Positions 28,392 to 38,635 of a stretch of DNA of 64,000 bases are shown in pieces. Under the pieces are notes generated by a model, which made no database searches, was not told the origin of the DNA, and saw only the letters and a program-made list of their open reading frames with translations. The position numbers and the translations under genes are program-made. Each line of letters begins with the position of its first letter. The stretch's first letter is position 1. Source of the stretch: an uncultured delta proteobacterium (GTDB taxonomy: Bacteria > Desulfobacterota > Binatia > Binatales > Binataceae); NCBI GenBank assembly GCA_963711565.1, contig CAVQEQ010000001.1:896001-960000 (forward strand). The letters are read 5' to 3'.

Positions 28392-28985
28392 TCAGTTGGT
28401 TGCCGGGGCCGCTGGGCTGGCTGGGGCCGCAGGAGCAGCGTTGGCTACGCCCAGGTCGTTCAGGATTTCGATCGCGTGCGTCGATGGATCGACGCTCGGA
28501 TAGACCTTCAGCACCTTTCCATTCTCGTCGATTACATAAGTGATGCGGCGATCGAGGCCGAGGATTGGGATTCCGTTAGCCGCTCCATAAGCCGTTGCGA
28601 TCTTCTTGTCGGGATCGAGCAGGAGCGGGAACGGCAGGCTGTTTTTGCGGATGAAGTCCTTGTGCGCATCGGCCGAATCGACGCTGCATCCGAGCACGAC
28701 CAGGCCGGCGTTGGTGTAGCGCGAGTAGCCGTCGCGAAAGGCGCACGCCTCTTTGGTGCATCCCGAGGTTTCATCCTTGGGATAGAAATAGAGGATCACT
28801 TTTTTGCCGTGGAAGTCGGCGAGCGACACCGGAGCTTGAGTATCGCCGGTCACCATCTGGGTACTGAACGGGGGCGCGATATCTCCTGCCTTGACCAATT
28901 CGGCGCGCGCTATTCGCGGGCGCAGTGCGACTGTGGCGACGACTATTAGACCGACAGCGATTAGTCCGACTGTAATCATTTTCAT
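28392..28985 (-). CDS. Peroxiredoxin (Bcp/PrxQ type) with N-terminal signal/anchor
   Basis: YFYPKDETSGCTKEACAFRD. Confidence 0.9.
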   Translation of the reverse strand: MKMITVGLIAVGLIVVATVALRPRIARAELVKAGDIAPPFSTQMVTGDTQAPVSLADFHGKKVILYFYPKDETSGCTKEACAFRDGYSRYTNAGLVVLGCSVDSADAHKDFIRKNSLPFPLLLDPDKKIATAYGAANGIPILGLDRRITYVIDENGKVLKVYPSVDPSTHAIEILNDLGVANAAPAAPASPAAPATN

Positions 28986-29045
28986 ACGAGTCCTCCCGAT
29001 CTCGTGATTAACCGCGAGCCCTGCTGGAAAGTTCCCGGGACTCGA

Positions 29046-29972
29046 TCAGATGTAGTAGAGCCAGTCGCGGTAGCGCGGCTCGCGGCCGTGCAGCGCCGCC
29101 CGAAAGACTTGCAGCACCTTGGCCGTGATTGGGCCGGGCTTGCCGGGGCCTATTTTGCGATCGTCCAGCTCCACGACCGGAGTTACTTCGGCGGCGGTGC
29201 CGGTCATGAAAGCTTCGTCGGCGATGTAGAACGCGTCGCGCGCGAAATATTCCTCGCGGACCTCGACGGCGTTGTCGCGCAGGATCCTGATCACGGCATC
29301 GCGGGTGATTCCCGCCAGCACCGACGTGAGCGGCGGCGTGCGCACTACTCCGTCGCGAACTACGAACACGTTCTCGCCGCTGCCCTCGGCGACGAAGCCC
29401 TCGGTGTTGAGCAGGAGCGCTTCGTCGTAGCCGTTGCGGCGGGCTTCATAGCCGGCGAGTATCGAGTTGACGTAATGGCCAGTGGCTTTCGCCGCCGGCA
29501 TCATCGAGTTGTGATGGAATCTGACGAATGACGAGGTCTTGAGGCGCACGCCTTTTTCGACGCCGTCCTGCCCGAGATATGCGCCCCACGGCCATGCGGC
29601 GATCGAGACGCGAATTTTATTTCCGCGGGCGGATAGTCCCATCTCACCTTCGCCGAAGAACACCAGCGGCCGGATATAGCATTCGGCGAACTTGTTGATG
29701 CGCACAACGTCGGCGCATGCCTTGAGCAATTCCTCCTGGCTGTAGGGGACTTCCATCTCGACGATATGGCCGGAGTCGATGAGGCGGCGGATATGCTCGC
29801 GCGCGCGGAAGATTGCGGAGCGGCCGTCGTCGCTCTTGTAGCATCGCATTCCTTCGAAAACCCCGAGGCCGTAGTGCAGGCTGTGGGTCAGGACATGGAC
29901 GGTTGCCTCGTCAAAGGGAACCATCGTGCCATCCATCCAGATTCGATCCGAGCGAAGATTGTTCGCAGGCAT
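29046..29972 (-). CDS. ilvE: Branched-chain amino acid aminotransferase
   Basis: LHYGLGVFEG, AKATGHY, EGSGEN, LAGITR, GTAAEVTP. Confidence 0.94.
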   Translation of the reverse strand: MPANNLRSDRIWMDGTMVPFDEATVHVLTHSLHYGLGVFEGMRCYKSDDGRSAIFRAREHIRRLIDSGHIVEMEVPYSQEELLKACADVVRINKFAECYIRPLVFFGEGEMGLSARGNKIRVSIAAWPWGAYLGQDGVEKGVRLKTSSFVRFHHNSMMPAAKATGHYVNSILAGYEARRNGYDEALLLNTEGFVAEGSGENVFVVRDGVVRTPPLTSVLAGITRDAVIRILRDNAVEVREEYFARDAFYIADEAFMTGTAAEVTPVVELDDRKIGPGKPGPITAKVLQVFRAALHGREPRYRDWLYYI

Positions 29973-30025
29973 AATGGAGTCAAAAGTAGTCGAAGGTGAG
30001 TAGTTAGTCGATGGGGCCGCAAGAA

Positions 30026-30060
30026 CCTTAACCCCTAGCTCCTTCCCTCGACGGGAAGGG
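30026..30060. repeat. Degenerate REP-like hairpin / terminator downstream of pcnB
   Basis: CCTTAACCCC...CCTTCCC-TCGAC-GGGAAGGG. Confidence 0.45.
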
Positions 30061-30078
30061 AAAAAATCGCGCTCCTTG

Positions 30079-31448
30079 CTAGTCGCGGCGGGACGAGTCC
30101 GGCGATGGAGGGGGATCGCCGGGGCGATTCCCGTTTTCGGCGGACGGCGTGGCGGCTACCGCCGCGACTCCGTCGCGGGCGGGGCCGGCGTGGCGAGAAC
30201 GGCGGCGACGACGCCGGCGTCGCCGCCGCTGGTCGCCGCCCGGCGGCCGTGCGCCATCGCCGGTCGGCGATTGCGCATCGGGAGCAGAAGGACTTGCGCT
30301 GAACGCGTCAGGATCGGCGAGGAAGCGCAGCGTGCGCGCCGGATCGATCGAGTATGTCGGCGCCGTCATCTCGAAGAACATCCGCGCGTCGGGAAAGTAC
30401 GGCCGCCGCATCAGGCGCCGCGTGCGGCGCGTCGGCGACGCGAGATTCGCGAACGATTCCAGAATGAGCCGCATCTGCTCGGTGTCGCCGCGCGCGAAGC
30501 CGCGCGACCGCAGCGTGCCGAGAATATCGACGCGGCCGGCATCGCCGCGTTCGCGGCGGTGCTCGTCGCGATAGAGGTCCAGCATCAGCGTGGCCAGCAC
30601 GATCGAATGGTCGGGCGAAAGTCCGCTTCCTATGGCGCGTCCGAGTGCCGCCATGTTGCGGACGGCGGGTTGCTCGGCGAGCGTGACGCCGCGCGACTTC
30701 AGATGAGCGGCGAGAATCGGGATTACGTACTCGAGCAATCCCAGCTCTTCCATCAGCACCAGCGCGTGCGCGGCCTCGGGTTGGCCGAGTGTCTTGTAAG
30801 TTTCCTCGACCAGGCGCGGCACCGAGGCCTTGGCGAGGTCGCCACGATGGCGCTCGATTGCGGCGCGCGTGGCGGGCTCGATTTCGAAGCCGAGCTTGGC
30901 GGCGAAGCGCACCGCACGCATCATGCGCACGGGATCCTCGCGCATCCGCAATTCGGGATCGCCGATAGTGCGGATCAGGCGCGCCTCGAGGTCGTCAACT
31001 CCGCCGGGAAAATCGATCACATGAAAAGTCTGCGGGCTGTAGAACAGCGCGTTGACGGTGAAGTCGCGGCGAAAAGCGTCCTCCTCGGGCGTGCCGAAAG
31101 TATTGTCGAGACGAATCAGCGGATCGTCGGCGTCGGCGACGGCCTCTGCCAGTTTGCGAAAGGTGGCGACCTCGACATTCTGGCGGCCGAAGAAAACGTG
31201 AACCAGGCGAAAGCGCCTGCCTATCAGGCGCGAATTGCGGAACAAGTCGCGCACCTGTTGCGGATGAGCCGAAGTGGCGACGTCGAAATCCTTGGGCTTG
31301 CGCGAGAGCATCAGGTCGCGCACGCCGCCGCCGACCAGGTACGCGTCGTAGCCGGCTCCGCCAGCCGATAGAGCACCTTGAGGACGTTGGCGTCGATATC
31401 GCGGCGCGAGATGGGATGTTCGGCGCGCGCTAGTATACGGGGTTCCAA
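30079..31448 (-). CDS. pcnB: Poly(A) polymerase I, with a 1-bp frameshift near 31361
   Basis: TTG start MEPRILARAEHPISRRDIDANVLKVLYRL is in a different frame from GYDAYLVGGGVRD...KDFD...LIGRRFRLVHV...RRDFTVNAL; Arg-rich tail. Confidence 0.88.
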
Positions 31449-31592
31449 TTGCGTTAGCCCGATTCCGTTCCAACGCTAGCACGACTGCGCGCGGTCTTCA
31501 TCGTTCCCGCGGGCACCCTTGGCGGCGTCCTCCGCTTTGCCGATGTTGCGCGAATAGAGTTACGCTGGATGGATAATAGAGGAGACATCCAC

Positions 31593-32123
31593 ATGGACAA
31601 ATTTCTAACCGACGTAAAAACCCTTCGCGAGAACGCTCGCAAAAACACGGATAAGGGCGCGATCACCGACGGCTACAAAGCGCACGTCAAGCAGGTGCTC
31701 AAAGTGCTCAACAACGTGCTGGCGACCGAGCTGGTGTGCGTGCTGCGCTACAAACGGCATTTCTACATGGCGCAGGGAATCAGCTCGGATTCGGTCAAAG
31801 CGGAATTTCTGCAGCATGCGAACGAAGAGCAGCAGCATGCCGACTGGGTTGCGGAGCGAATCACACAGCTTGGCGGCGAGCCGGACTTCAGTCCCACCAC
31901 ACTGGCCGAGCGCTCGGCCTCGGAGTACGTCGAGGGCAAGACGCTGGTCGATATGATCAAGGAAGACCTGATCGCCGAGCGGATCGCCATCCAGACGTAT
32001 CAGGAAATCATTCGATGGCTGGGCGACGGCGATCCGACCACCAAGATCCTGATCGAGCAGATCAACAAGGTCGAAGAAGAGCACGCCAACGACATGTTGG
32101 ACCTCCTCACCAAGATGGGCTGA
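31593..32123 (+). CDS. Bacterioferritin/DPSL-like ferritin-fold protein
   Basis: ATELVC..RY, EEQQHAD..AERITQLGG, LIAERIAI, EEEHAND; GAGGAG RBS. Confidence 0.88.
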   Translation: MDKFLTDVKTLRENARKNTDKGAITDGYKAHVKQVLKVLNNVLATELVCVLRYKRHFYMAQGISSDSVKAEFLQHANEEQQHADWVAERITQLGGEPDFSPTTLAERSASEYVEGKTLVDMIKEDLIAERIAIQTYQEIIRWLGDGDPTTKILIEQINKVEEEHANDMLDLLTKMG

Positions 32124-32180
32124 CGACTCGCGCTTATGACGGTAACGCCGACTTGATCGCTTCCGCGCCCCCGATTTCCT

Positions 32181-33917
32181 TCAGCGGCCCGCGGGCTCGA
32201 GCGGCCAGGTAAAAGAATCCGGCAAGTTGCTTGCGTCGATGAAGCTGTCCGTCAGGATGCGATGCAGGCGCGCCCATTCTTTTCGGGCGTCCGGACTTGG
32301 CGTGCCGTGGGCGAGGTTGTCGAGCTGGAGCGGATCGCTCTTGATGTTGTACAGCTCGTATTCCGCCTTGCCGCCTTCCATTCCGAAGTAAATCGCGTAG
32401 GTCCAGTCGCCTTCGCGAATCGCGCGGATGTGACCGGCCGGCACGTCGGCCGGAAGAAAAAACAGATCGTCGAAAGAAAATATCGTGTGATCCTGCACGC
32501 TCGTCGATGGATCCTTCATCACAGGCACGATGCTCTTGCCCAGCGCGTAGGACTCCGCATTCGCAACGCCCGCGAGATCGAGAATCGTGGGCAGAAGATC
32601 CAGGTGATCGTAAAAAGCCTCGGTCGCGCGCGGCTCCGGAAAAAGTTTCGGGTTGTGGACGATCAGCGGGACATGGATCATTTCTTCGTACGCGGTGTAG
32701 GCCTTCTCCCGCATCCCGTGTGACAAGCCGCCCTCGCCGTGGTCGGCGAAGCGCAGGATGATCGTGTTGTCCATCAGCCCGGTTTCCTCGAGCGTGTCGA
32801 GCACAGTCATGATGTGCTTGTCGACGACCGTGTTGAGGTACGCGTAGAAATTCACGTACTCGTTGCGCGCTTGCGCGGTCTCGATCGGCGAGAACTTGTT
32901 GAAGGCGTAGCGCGCGGCCTTCTGCACGCTCGGTTTGGTCGAGAGATCGTCGGCGTAGTTGGGCGGCATCTCGATGCCGAGTTTAACGAAGGCGTCGCGC
33001 TTATAGCCGGCCATCTTCCAGAAATGCGGATAGACGTAAACGTCGTGCGGATTGACCAGCGAGACGAACAGGCAGAACGGTTTGCCCAGCTTGGGCGCGC
33101 GATTCTTGAGATAGTCGACGACGCCTTCGCCGAAGCCCGGCGTCTGGCCGCGGTCCTCCGCATTGCGGCCGTTGACGTAGCGCCCATCGTTATCGGGATC
33201 GGCGCCACCCAGCGTCGCGAGGCCGTTGAATTTGCCAAACTCGGTGGGCTGCCATTGCTCGATCGCGTTGCCGGCATCGGGCGGGTTCCATCCTGACCAG
33301 CCGTAGTTATCCTCCATCGCTTTGATATCGGCCTCCGTCCAATCCTCGCCGCCGTTCCCAATCGCAGCGTTGGACGCGTAGCTCAGGTGCCATTTGCCCT
33401 TCCAGACCACTTCGTAGCCGGCCTTTTCCTTCATCAGCGAGGCGATATTCGGTTGCCGATTCTTATGCACGAGGCCGGGCCACAGGAAAGTCCGCGTCAC
33501 GCGGTTAATCGGCGCGAAACGCCCGGTCATCATCAGCGCTCGCGACGGCGAACATTGCGTGACTGCGGTGTAGGCGCGGTTGAAATACAGGCCGTGGCGC
33601 TTGAGGCGCTGCAAGCCGGGCAGGTTCTTCTCAGCCCACCCGGAAGGCCAGTGCATATGGTGGCGCTCCTGATCGGTCATCAGCACGACGATGTTGGGTG
33701 TCCTCGGAACGTCAGCCGTTTCGCTGGTGGAGGCTCGCGCGGTGCTAACGCGAGGCATTGGCGAGAGCGCGGCCGCGATACTGGCTCCCGCGCCGAGCTG
33801 CAGCAAACGTCGCCGGCTGATCCGATTGGTCACTGCGGGATGCGGATTTGCATTCGAGGTTGTACCGCTCTTTTCGGATGCCGCGAGGTCTGAATTCTTG
33901 TCGTCGGATTTAGTCAA
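32181..33917 (-). CDS. Tat-exported sulfatase
   Basis: SRRRLLQ Tat motif, PNIVVLMTDQ, CSPSRA..TG (CxPxR), GKWH, ADHG. Confidence 0.9.
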   Translation of the reverse strand: MTKSDDKNSDLAASEKSGTTSNANPHPAVTNRISRRRLLQLGAGASIAAALSPMPRVSTARASTSETADVPRTPNIVVLMTDQERHHMHWPSGWAEKNLPGLQRLKRHGLYFNRAYTAVTQCSPSRALMMTGRFAPINRVTRTFLWPGLVHKNRQPNIASLMKEKAGYEVVWKGKWHLSYASNAAIGNGGEDWTEADIKAMEDNYGWSGWNPPDAGNAIEQWQPTEFGKFNGLATLGGADPDNDGRYVNGRNAEDRGQTPGFGEGVVDYLKNRAPKLGKPFCLFVSLVNPHDVYVYPHFWKMAGYKRDAFVKLGIEMPPNYADDLSTKPSVQKAARYAFNKFSPIETAQARNEYVNFYAYLNTVVDKHIMTVLDTLEETGLMDNTIILRFADHGEGGLSHGMREKAYTAYEEMIHVPLIVHNPKLFPEPRATEAFYDHLDLLPTILDLAGVANAESYALGKSIVPVMKDPSTSVQDHTIFSFDDLFFLPADVPAGHIRAIREGDWTYAIYFGMEGGKAEYELYNIKSDPLQLDNLAHGTPSPDARKEWARLHRILTDSFIDASNLPDSFTWPLEPAGR

Positions 33918-34020
33918 ACTGGTGTTCGGCTCGGTCAGTCACCACTACTCTTCGAGAGCGGCGCTGGTCAACGCGGCGTCCGACCATCGAGCTGACTTTA
34001 CACGAGTTTCCGCGCCTGAT

Positions 34021-34038
34021 AGCACCTAATTAGGTGCT
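34021..34038. promoter_or_regulatory. Perfect 18-bp palindrome, probable TA autoregulatory operator
   Basis: AGCACCTAATTAGGTGCT, 20 nt upstream of the antitoxin start. Confidence 0.7.
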
Positions 34039-34057
34039 CGACTAAAAGAGGTGCTTC

Positions 34058-34354
34058 GTGGCCAGGATCAACATCGCGAAAGACATTCAGTCGCTGACAA
34101 CCTTCAGGCGTAATTCGGGACAATTTCTCAAACAGATCAAAAAAACGAAGCGCCCCATAGTGTTGACCGTCAACGGCAGGGCCGAGGCGGTCGTGCAGGA
34201 CGCCAAAGCCTATCAGCGGCTGCTCGATATCGCCGCCCGGGCCGATGTCTACGAAGCACTACGACAGAGCGAGGATGACATCGCACACGGCCGGACGCGG
34301 CCCGCGCGCCAGGTATTCGACGAGTTGCGGCGCCGCTATGGCATACCGCGTTGA
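34058..34354 (+). CDS. Type II TA antitoxin, Phd/YefM family
   Basis: SLTTFRRN...RPIVLTVNGRAEAVV. Confidence 0.88.
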   Translation: MARINIAKDIQSLTTFRRNSGQFLKQIKKTKRPIVLTVNGRAEAVVQDAKAYQRLLDIAARADVYEALRQSEDDIAHGRTRPARQVFDELRRRYGIPR

Positions 34355-34658
34355 ACTGACACCTCGCACGAAGCGAGACCTGATCGACATCTACGAACGG
34401 ATCTCGGTTAACGATTCCGTGGCCGCCGCTCGCTGGTTCAATAGACTCGAGCGGGCGATCGACTCGCTCGAACAGTTTCCACACCGCTGCCCGGCAGCTC
34501 CCGAAGCCAAAATGACCAAAGTGGAGTTGCGCAATCAGCTCTACGGGTCCAGACGCGACGTGTACCGAGTAATTTACGATATCGACGAATCGCGTAAAAC
34601 TGTCCGTGTTCGGGCGATCAGGCACGGGGCTATGGATGGGTTCTCCGAAGAAGGCTGA
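34338..34658 (+). CDS. Type II TA toxin, RelE/ParE family
   Basis: MAYRVELT...DL..IY...SLEQFPHR...YRVIY...VRAIRHG; overlaps the antitoxin. Confidence 0.88.
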   Translation: MAYRVELTPRTKRDLIDIYERISVNDSVAAARWFNRLERAIDSLEQFPHRCPAAPEAKMTKVELRNQLYGSRRDVYRVIYDIDESRKTVRVRAIRHGAMDGFSEEG

Positions 34659-34662
34659 CTCG

Positions 34663-35183
34663 TCAGCGCGCGCGGTAGTAGAGCCAGGCGCGTTCGGAGA
34701 TCGCGGCGACATAGAACATCGCGATCAGCGGCGCGACAACGCGCACAATTGCGCCGGGAAGCGGCGGCGCGATCGCGAGCGTGATCACGAGCGCATAGTT
34801 GATGATTCCGCCCCAGTGCCCGAGCGGCTCTTTATCGGACCTGACCCGCGCGCTCCGATCACGATCGAATCGATCGCGTACTGGCTGAAGGAGAGCGCGA
34901 TCAGGATCGGAATATAGAAAGGTAGCGCGCCCGCGGCCGCCTCGCAGAATAGCGCCGCGAGTACGAACGTCACATCCGCGATGCCGTCGAGCCATCGCCC
35001 GCTGCCGCTCGCGACGCTGAGCCGCCGCGCGATTCGCCCGTCGATAAAATCGCTGCCGGCGGCGACAATCGCAACTATCGCGAATGCCAGCCGTCCCTCG
35101 TGCCCATGCGACGCCAACTCGATCCAGATTGCCGCGAGTGCGAATCTCAGCGCACTCAGGCCGTTGGGTATCTGCGCGAGCAT
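34663..35183 (-). CDS. CDP-alcohol phosphatidyltransferase, with a 1-bp frameshift near 34825
   Basis: PNGLSALR, SDFIDGRIARR...GRWLDGIAD; C-terminus (LGHWGGIINY...) lies in another frame. Confidence 0.82.
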
Positions 35184-35252
35184 CACTTTACTGCGGCGCG
35201 GCGGGGTTGGCGTTTCGCTCGCGCGAGCCGAATGCTCTACAATTGAACTCTT

Positions 35253-36230
35253 ATGCCCGGAAAAACTTCCCGCACGATCCAGGTCGTCAGCCACGGCCCG
35301 TCATGCCTCGACGGTGTGATGGCGGCGGCCGCAGTGGCGCGCTTTTACGATGGCCATAAAGTCTTAACCACGCTGGCCGGCAACAACGAGGCCGACAACG
35401 TAATCGGTAACCTGACCCTCAAATCCGACGACGCCAGCGATGAAATCTGGATCACCGACCTGTCCTGGAACTCACCGGCGACCGGCGTGCGCCTGGCGGA
35501 GTTGGCCGCGCGCGGTGCGCAGATTTACTGGATCGATCATCATCGCACCGCAGTTTCCCGCGCCGATGCCCCTGAGTTCAAGGTGCCGTTCGCCGGCAAG
35601 GTTCTCAGCGAACAATATTCGGCGGCGCGCCTGACCTTCAATTTTCTCAAACGCATGGGCCGCGACTTGCCCGAGCGCCAGCGCGCCGAGTTCGACGCCT
35701 TCCAGCCGTTCGTGATGATCGCCGACGATCACGACCGCTGGGTCCACAAGATTCCCGAGTCCGCCGACTGGGCGCTCGCCGTGCAAACGCTCGGCGGGAT
35801 TTCGTCGTTTCGCGAAATCATGAAACTGCGCGAGCCCCGCATGAGTCGCAAGCTGCGCTCCGCCTTCGAGTCGGGCCAGGATGCGATGCGCCGCAGCCTC
35901 GAACTCGCGCACGCGACGATGGTCGATCGCAAGCTCGACAACGGCATCACCGTGCGCACTGCCTGCTGCTTCGGCTACAGCAGCGAAGTCGCGGCGCAGC
36001 TCTACAAGGGGCAGACGCGGACGGTCGTCGCGCTGTTCGATTTGCGCAGCCAGGGCGTCAGCCTGCGCCGTAGCTCTGACAGCGAGGTCGATTTGTCTCT
36101 GCTCGCGCAGCGTTACGGCGGTGGCGGTCATGCCGCGGCGTCCGGCTTCGCAATTCCCGATCTGCGCCGCCTCCCGGCCGAGCGGCTGGCCGAAATTCTG
36201 GGCGATCAGCTCGAAAAGCCAGCACCCTGA
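35253..36230 (+). CDS. DHH/DHHA1 phosphoesterase
   Basis: H...DG, ITD, WIDHH, SLR, GGGGHAAASG. Confidence 0.85.
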   Translation: MPGKTSRTIQVVSHGPSCLDGVMAAAAVARFYDGHKVLTTLAGNNEADNVIGNLTLKSDDASDEIWITDLSWNSPATGVRLAELAARGAQIYWIDHHRTAVSRADAPEFKVPFAGKVLSEQYSAARLTFNFLKRMGRDLPERQRAEFDAFQPFVMIADDHDRWVHKIPESADWALAVQTLGGISSFREIMKLREPRMSRKLRSAFESGQDAMRRSLELAHATMVDRKLDNGITVRTACCFGYSSEVAAQLYKGQTRTVVALFDLRSQGVSLRRSSDSEVDLSLLAQRYGGGGHAAASGFAIPDLRRLPAERLAEILGDQLEKPAP

Positions 36231-36277
36231 TCGGCCGCGCGCCCTTCTGCATCAATGATTGCCTGGCCAGTTTCACC

Positions 36278-36889
36278 GTGAGCAAAGAAGAAGTAATCAA
36301 GGAGTACCGCGTCCGCGAGATCCTCGAAGCCGCACGGCGCGTGATGGCTCGATACGGTATGCAGGGCACCACCGTCAACCGCGTCGCCGAGGAAGCGAAG
36401 GTCGCCAAGGGCACCATCTATCTCTACTTCGACGGCAAGGACGCGCTCGTCCATGCCGCGGTCCTCGAGGGCCTGCGCGAGATGGTTGCCGAAACCGTCG
36501 CGTCGGACGACCCCTCGGTGCCGCCACTCGAGCGAATCCGCGAGCTCATCCTGGCGCAGTTCCGAATTCAGGCCTCGAACCAGGATTTTTTGAAGACGCT
36601 GATCATCGGCAACTCGCTCGACATCGAGCTCGAATCCGAGGCTAGCCGCGAATACATGCGCGTCTACGCCGGCCATCTCGACTTCATGGCGTCGGTGCTG
36701 CAGGACGCAATCGATCGCGGCGCGATTCGGCGCATCGATCCCCATTTCGCGGCGTTCATGCTGGGCGAAATGCTGACCGGGTCGCTGCGCCGCCGCCTGC
36801 TCAAGCTGGCGTCGAGCCCGCTCGAATCGGACGCCGAAGCGGTCGTCGAACTTTTTCTCAAAGGCATCGCGGCGCTCCCTGAAGCTTAG
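36278..36889 (+). CDS. TetR-family regulator
   Basis: ILEAA...VAEEAKVAKGTIYLYF HTH. Confidence 0.92.
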   Translation: MSKEEVIKEYRVREILEAARRVMARYGMQGTTVNRVAEEAKVAKGTIYLYFDGKDALVHAAVLEGLREMVAETVASDDPSVPPLERIRELILAQFRIQASNQDFLKTLIIGNSLDIELESEASREYMRVYAGHLDFMASVLQDAIDRGAIRRIDPHFAAFMLGEMLTGSLRRRLLKLASSPLESDAEAVVELFLKGIAALPEA

Positions 36890-36961
36890 GTGTCTCGGAG
36901 CTTCGCTGCGCGCGTCTCCATCTTCAATCCTGCTCCCGCGTTCTGATACGCTCGCGCAATT

Positions 36962-37345
36962 GTGAGCGCTGGAGACAAAACAACTATGGGCGAAATCGCG
37001 ATCGTTCTTGCACTCGGACTGGCAGCGGGCATCCTGGGCGGATTCGTCGGCGTCGGCGGCGGCGTGCTGATCGTTCCGGTGCTCGTGCTGATGCTCGGCT
37101 TCGATCAACATCTCGCGGTCGGCACTTCGCTTGGCGCCCTGTTGCCTCCCGTCGGTATTCTCGGCGCGTACGAGTACTATAAGCACGGCCATCTCAACGT
37201 CACATACGCGCTGCTGCTGGGCATCGGCTTGCTGATCGGCGCCTACATCGGTGCGGTGTACGCAGTTAAAATGCCCGCCGCGACCCTGCGCCGTATCTTC
37301 GGAGTGTTCCTGCTCCTGACCTCGATCCGCATGCTCTACAAATGA
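36962..37345 (+). CDS. TauE/SafE (TSUP) family half-size permease
   Basis: GFVGVGGGVLIVP, QHLAVGTSL. Confidence 0.82.
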   Translation: MSAGDKTTMGEIAIVLALGLAAGILGGFVGVGGGVLIVPVLVLMLGFDQHLAVGTSLGALLPPVGILGAYEYYKHGHLNVTYALLLGIGLLIGAYIGAVYAVKMPAATLRRIFGVFLLLTSIRMLYK

Positions 37346-37389
37346 ATCGTCGCCTTGCGCTCTAGAATGACGGTAACTAAGTTCGCGAT

Positions 37390-37818
37390 GTGGACGCGCG
37401 GCTCGAACAAGCAATCAACCTTCTGCTCGAATCCGAGCGCGCCGGCGTGCTCGCACTCGACAAACTCATCGCCAACGTCAAGCAAGCCGAGCTGAAACAG
37501 TTCCTGTCCGGCTCGCGCGCGATGGAACAGCGCAACGCCGAGGAACTCGAGGCCCTGATTCGCGACAATGGCGGCAAACCGTCCACTGGCGTCGGTCCCT
37601 TCGCCCGCAAAGTCGCCGCGCTCGAGTCGATTCGCGATCGCCTGAACCTGCTGTCGCGCGGCCAGGAATGGGCCGCGCGCAAAACCGAAGTAGCACTCGC
37701 ACTCGCCCCCGCTGACGGTCCCATCCACGACTATCTGACCGCGATGGCGAATCGGCATCGCGCCGAAGTGGAATGGGGCCGCGCCGAAGTAATCCGCCTC
37801 ACCTCTCTGTCATCCTGA
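37390..37818 (+). CDS. Ferritin-like hypothetical protein (DUF6306-like)
   Basis: LLESERAG, LLSRGQEW, H...E motif. Confidence 0.7.
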   Translation: MDARLEQAINLLLESERAGVLALDKLIANVKQAELKQFLSGSRAMEQRNAEELEALIRDNGGKPSTGVGPFARKVAALESIRDRLNLLSRGQEWAARKTEVALALAPADGPIHDYLTAMANRHRAEVEWGRAEVIRLTSLSS

Positions 37819-37906
37819 CGAAGCGAGCAACGCGAGCGGCAGGAAGGATCTCGGACAGCTTCGCGTGAGCGAAGCCGGTACCGGTTTTGAAATCGCGAAG
37901 CGCTCC
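37808..37906 (+). repeat. Structured REP-like dispersed repeat, overlapping the upstream stop codon
   Basis: TGTCATCCTGACGAAGCGAGCAACGCGAGCGGCAGGA...CGGACAGCTTCGC-GTGA-GCGAAGCCGGTACCGGT; homologous to 11920-12006. Confidence 0.8.
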
Positions 37907-38635
37907 TCAGCGTGAACGTTTCGCAACGAACACCTCGCGACCCCAGTCATCGATTAAACTGCGCGGTTCGAATCCGGTTTCACGTAACAGACGCATCCAC
38001 TCGGCGCGCGGAAAGATCCCCTCGACGTGCGAATCGTGCACGACATGCGTGTCGCCGCGACGGTCGCGCAGAATTATCGCGAAGTCGGTTCGATACGTCG
38101 TGTCGGCCGGATCGGGATCGACGACCCACATCAGATAGCGAAGGCTGCGGCTCTCATCGCCGTCGTGTCCGCCATGCCTGGTCTCCGCGACGAATGTTTC
38201 CCGCACGCAGTCCGGTACGAACAGCGCTACGCCACCTGCGCGACAATGCCGGTACGCGGTGCGGATCGCGGCGCGCAGATCGTCTGCGTTCGTCATGTAA
38301 GAAACCGCATCATGCACAAATACCGCATCGAACGTTCGTCCGAGGATCACCGAGCGCATATCGCCCTCGAAGTGCTCGCACTCCGGATTGAGCTTGCGGC
38401 TGACGGCAAGCATCTGCGGCGACAGATCGACCAGCGTCATTTCAAATCTCGATTTGAGATGCAGCGCGTTGTTGCCGCCGCCCGACCCGAGTTCGAGCAC
38501 AGTGCGCGGCGCGCGGCTGCACGCGTCGACAAGCACGCGCGCAAAGTACGCCGCCTCTTCCGCATAGTCGTCAGGCGCCGAGAACAGCGGCCACCATTCG
38601 GCGAGCTCGTCGTACAGCTTCATCGCGAGCCTCAC
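37907..38635 (-). CDS. Class I SAM-dependent methyltransferase
   Basis: VLELGSGGG, VDLS, GDMR, FDAV. Confidence 0.9.
   Translation of the reverse strand: MRLAMKLYDELAEWWPLFSAPDDYAEEAAYFARVLVDACSRAPRTVLELGSGGGNNALHLKSRFEMTLVDLSPQMLAVSRKLNPECEHFEGDMRSVILGRTFDAVFVHDAVSYMTNADDLRAAIRTAYRHCRAGGVALFVPDCVRETFVAETRHGGHDGDESRSLRYLMWVVDPDPADTTYRTDFAIILRDRRGDTHVVHDSHVEGIFPRAEWMRLLRETGFEPRSLIDDWGREVFVAKRSR

Noticed and set aside
37815-37845. CTGACGA followed by a small stem, resembling a hammerhead ribozyme core
   Set aside because: Extra A before stem II, GAG instead of GAAA, and the 11920 copy has CTGACAA, so the core is not conserved
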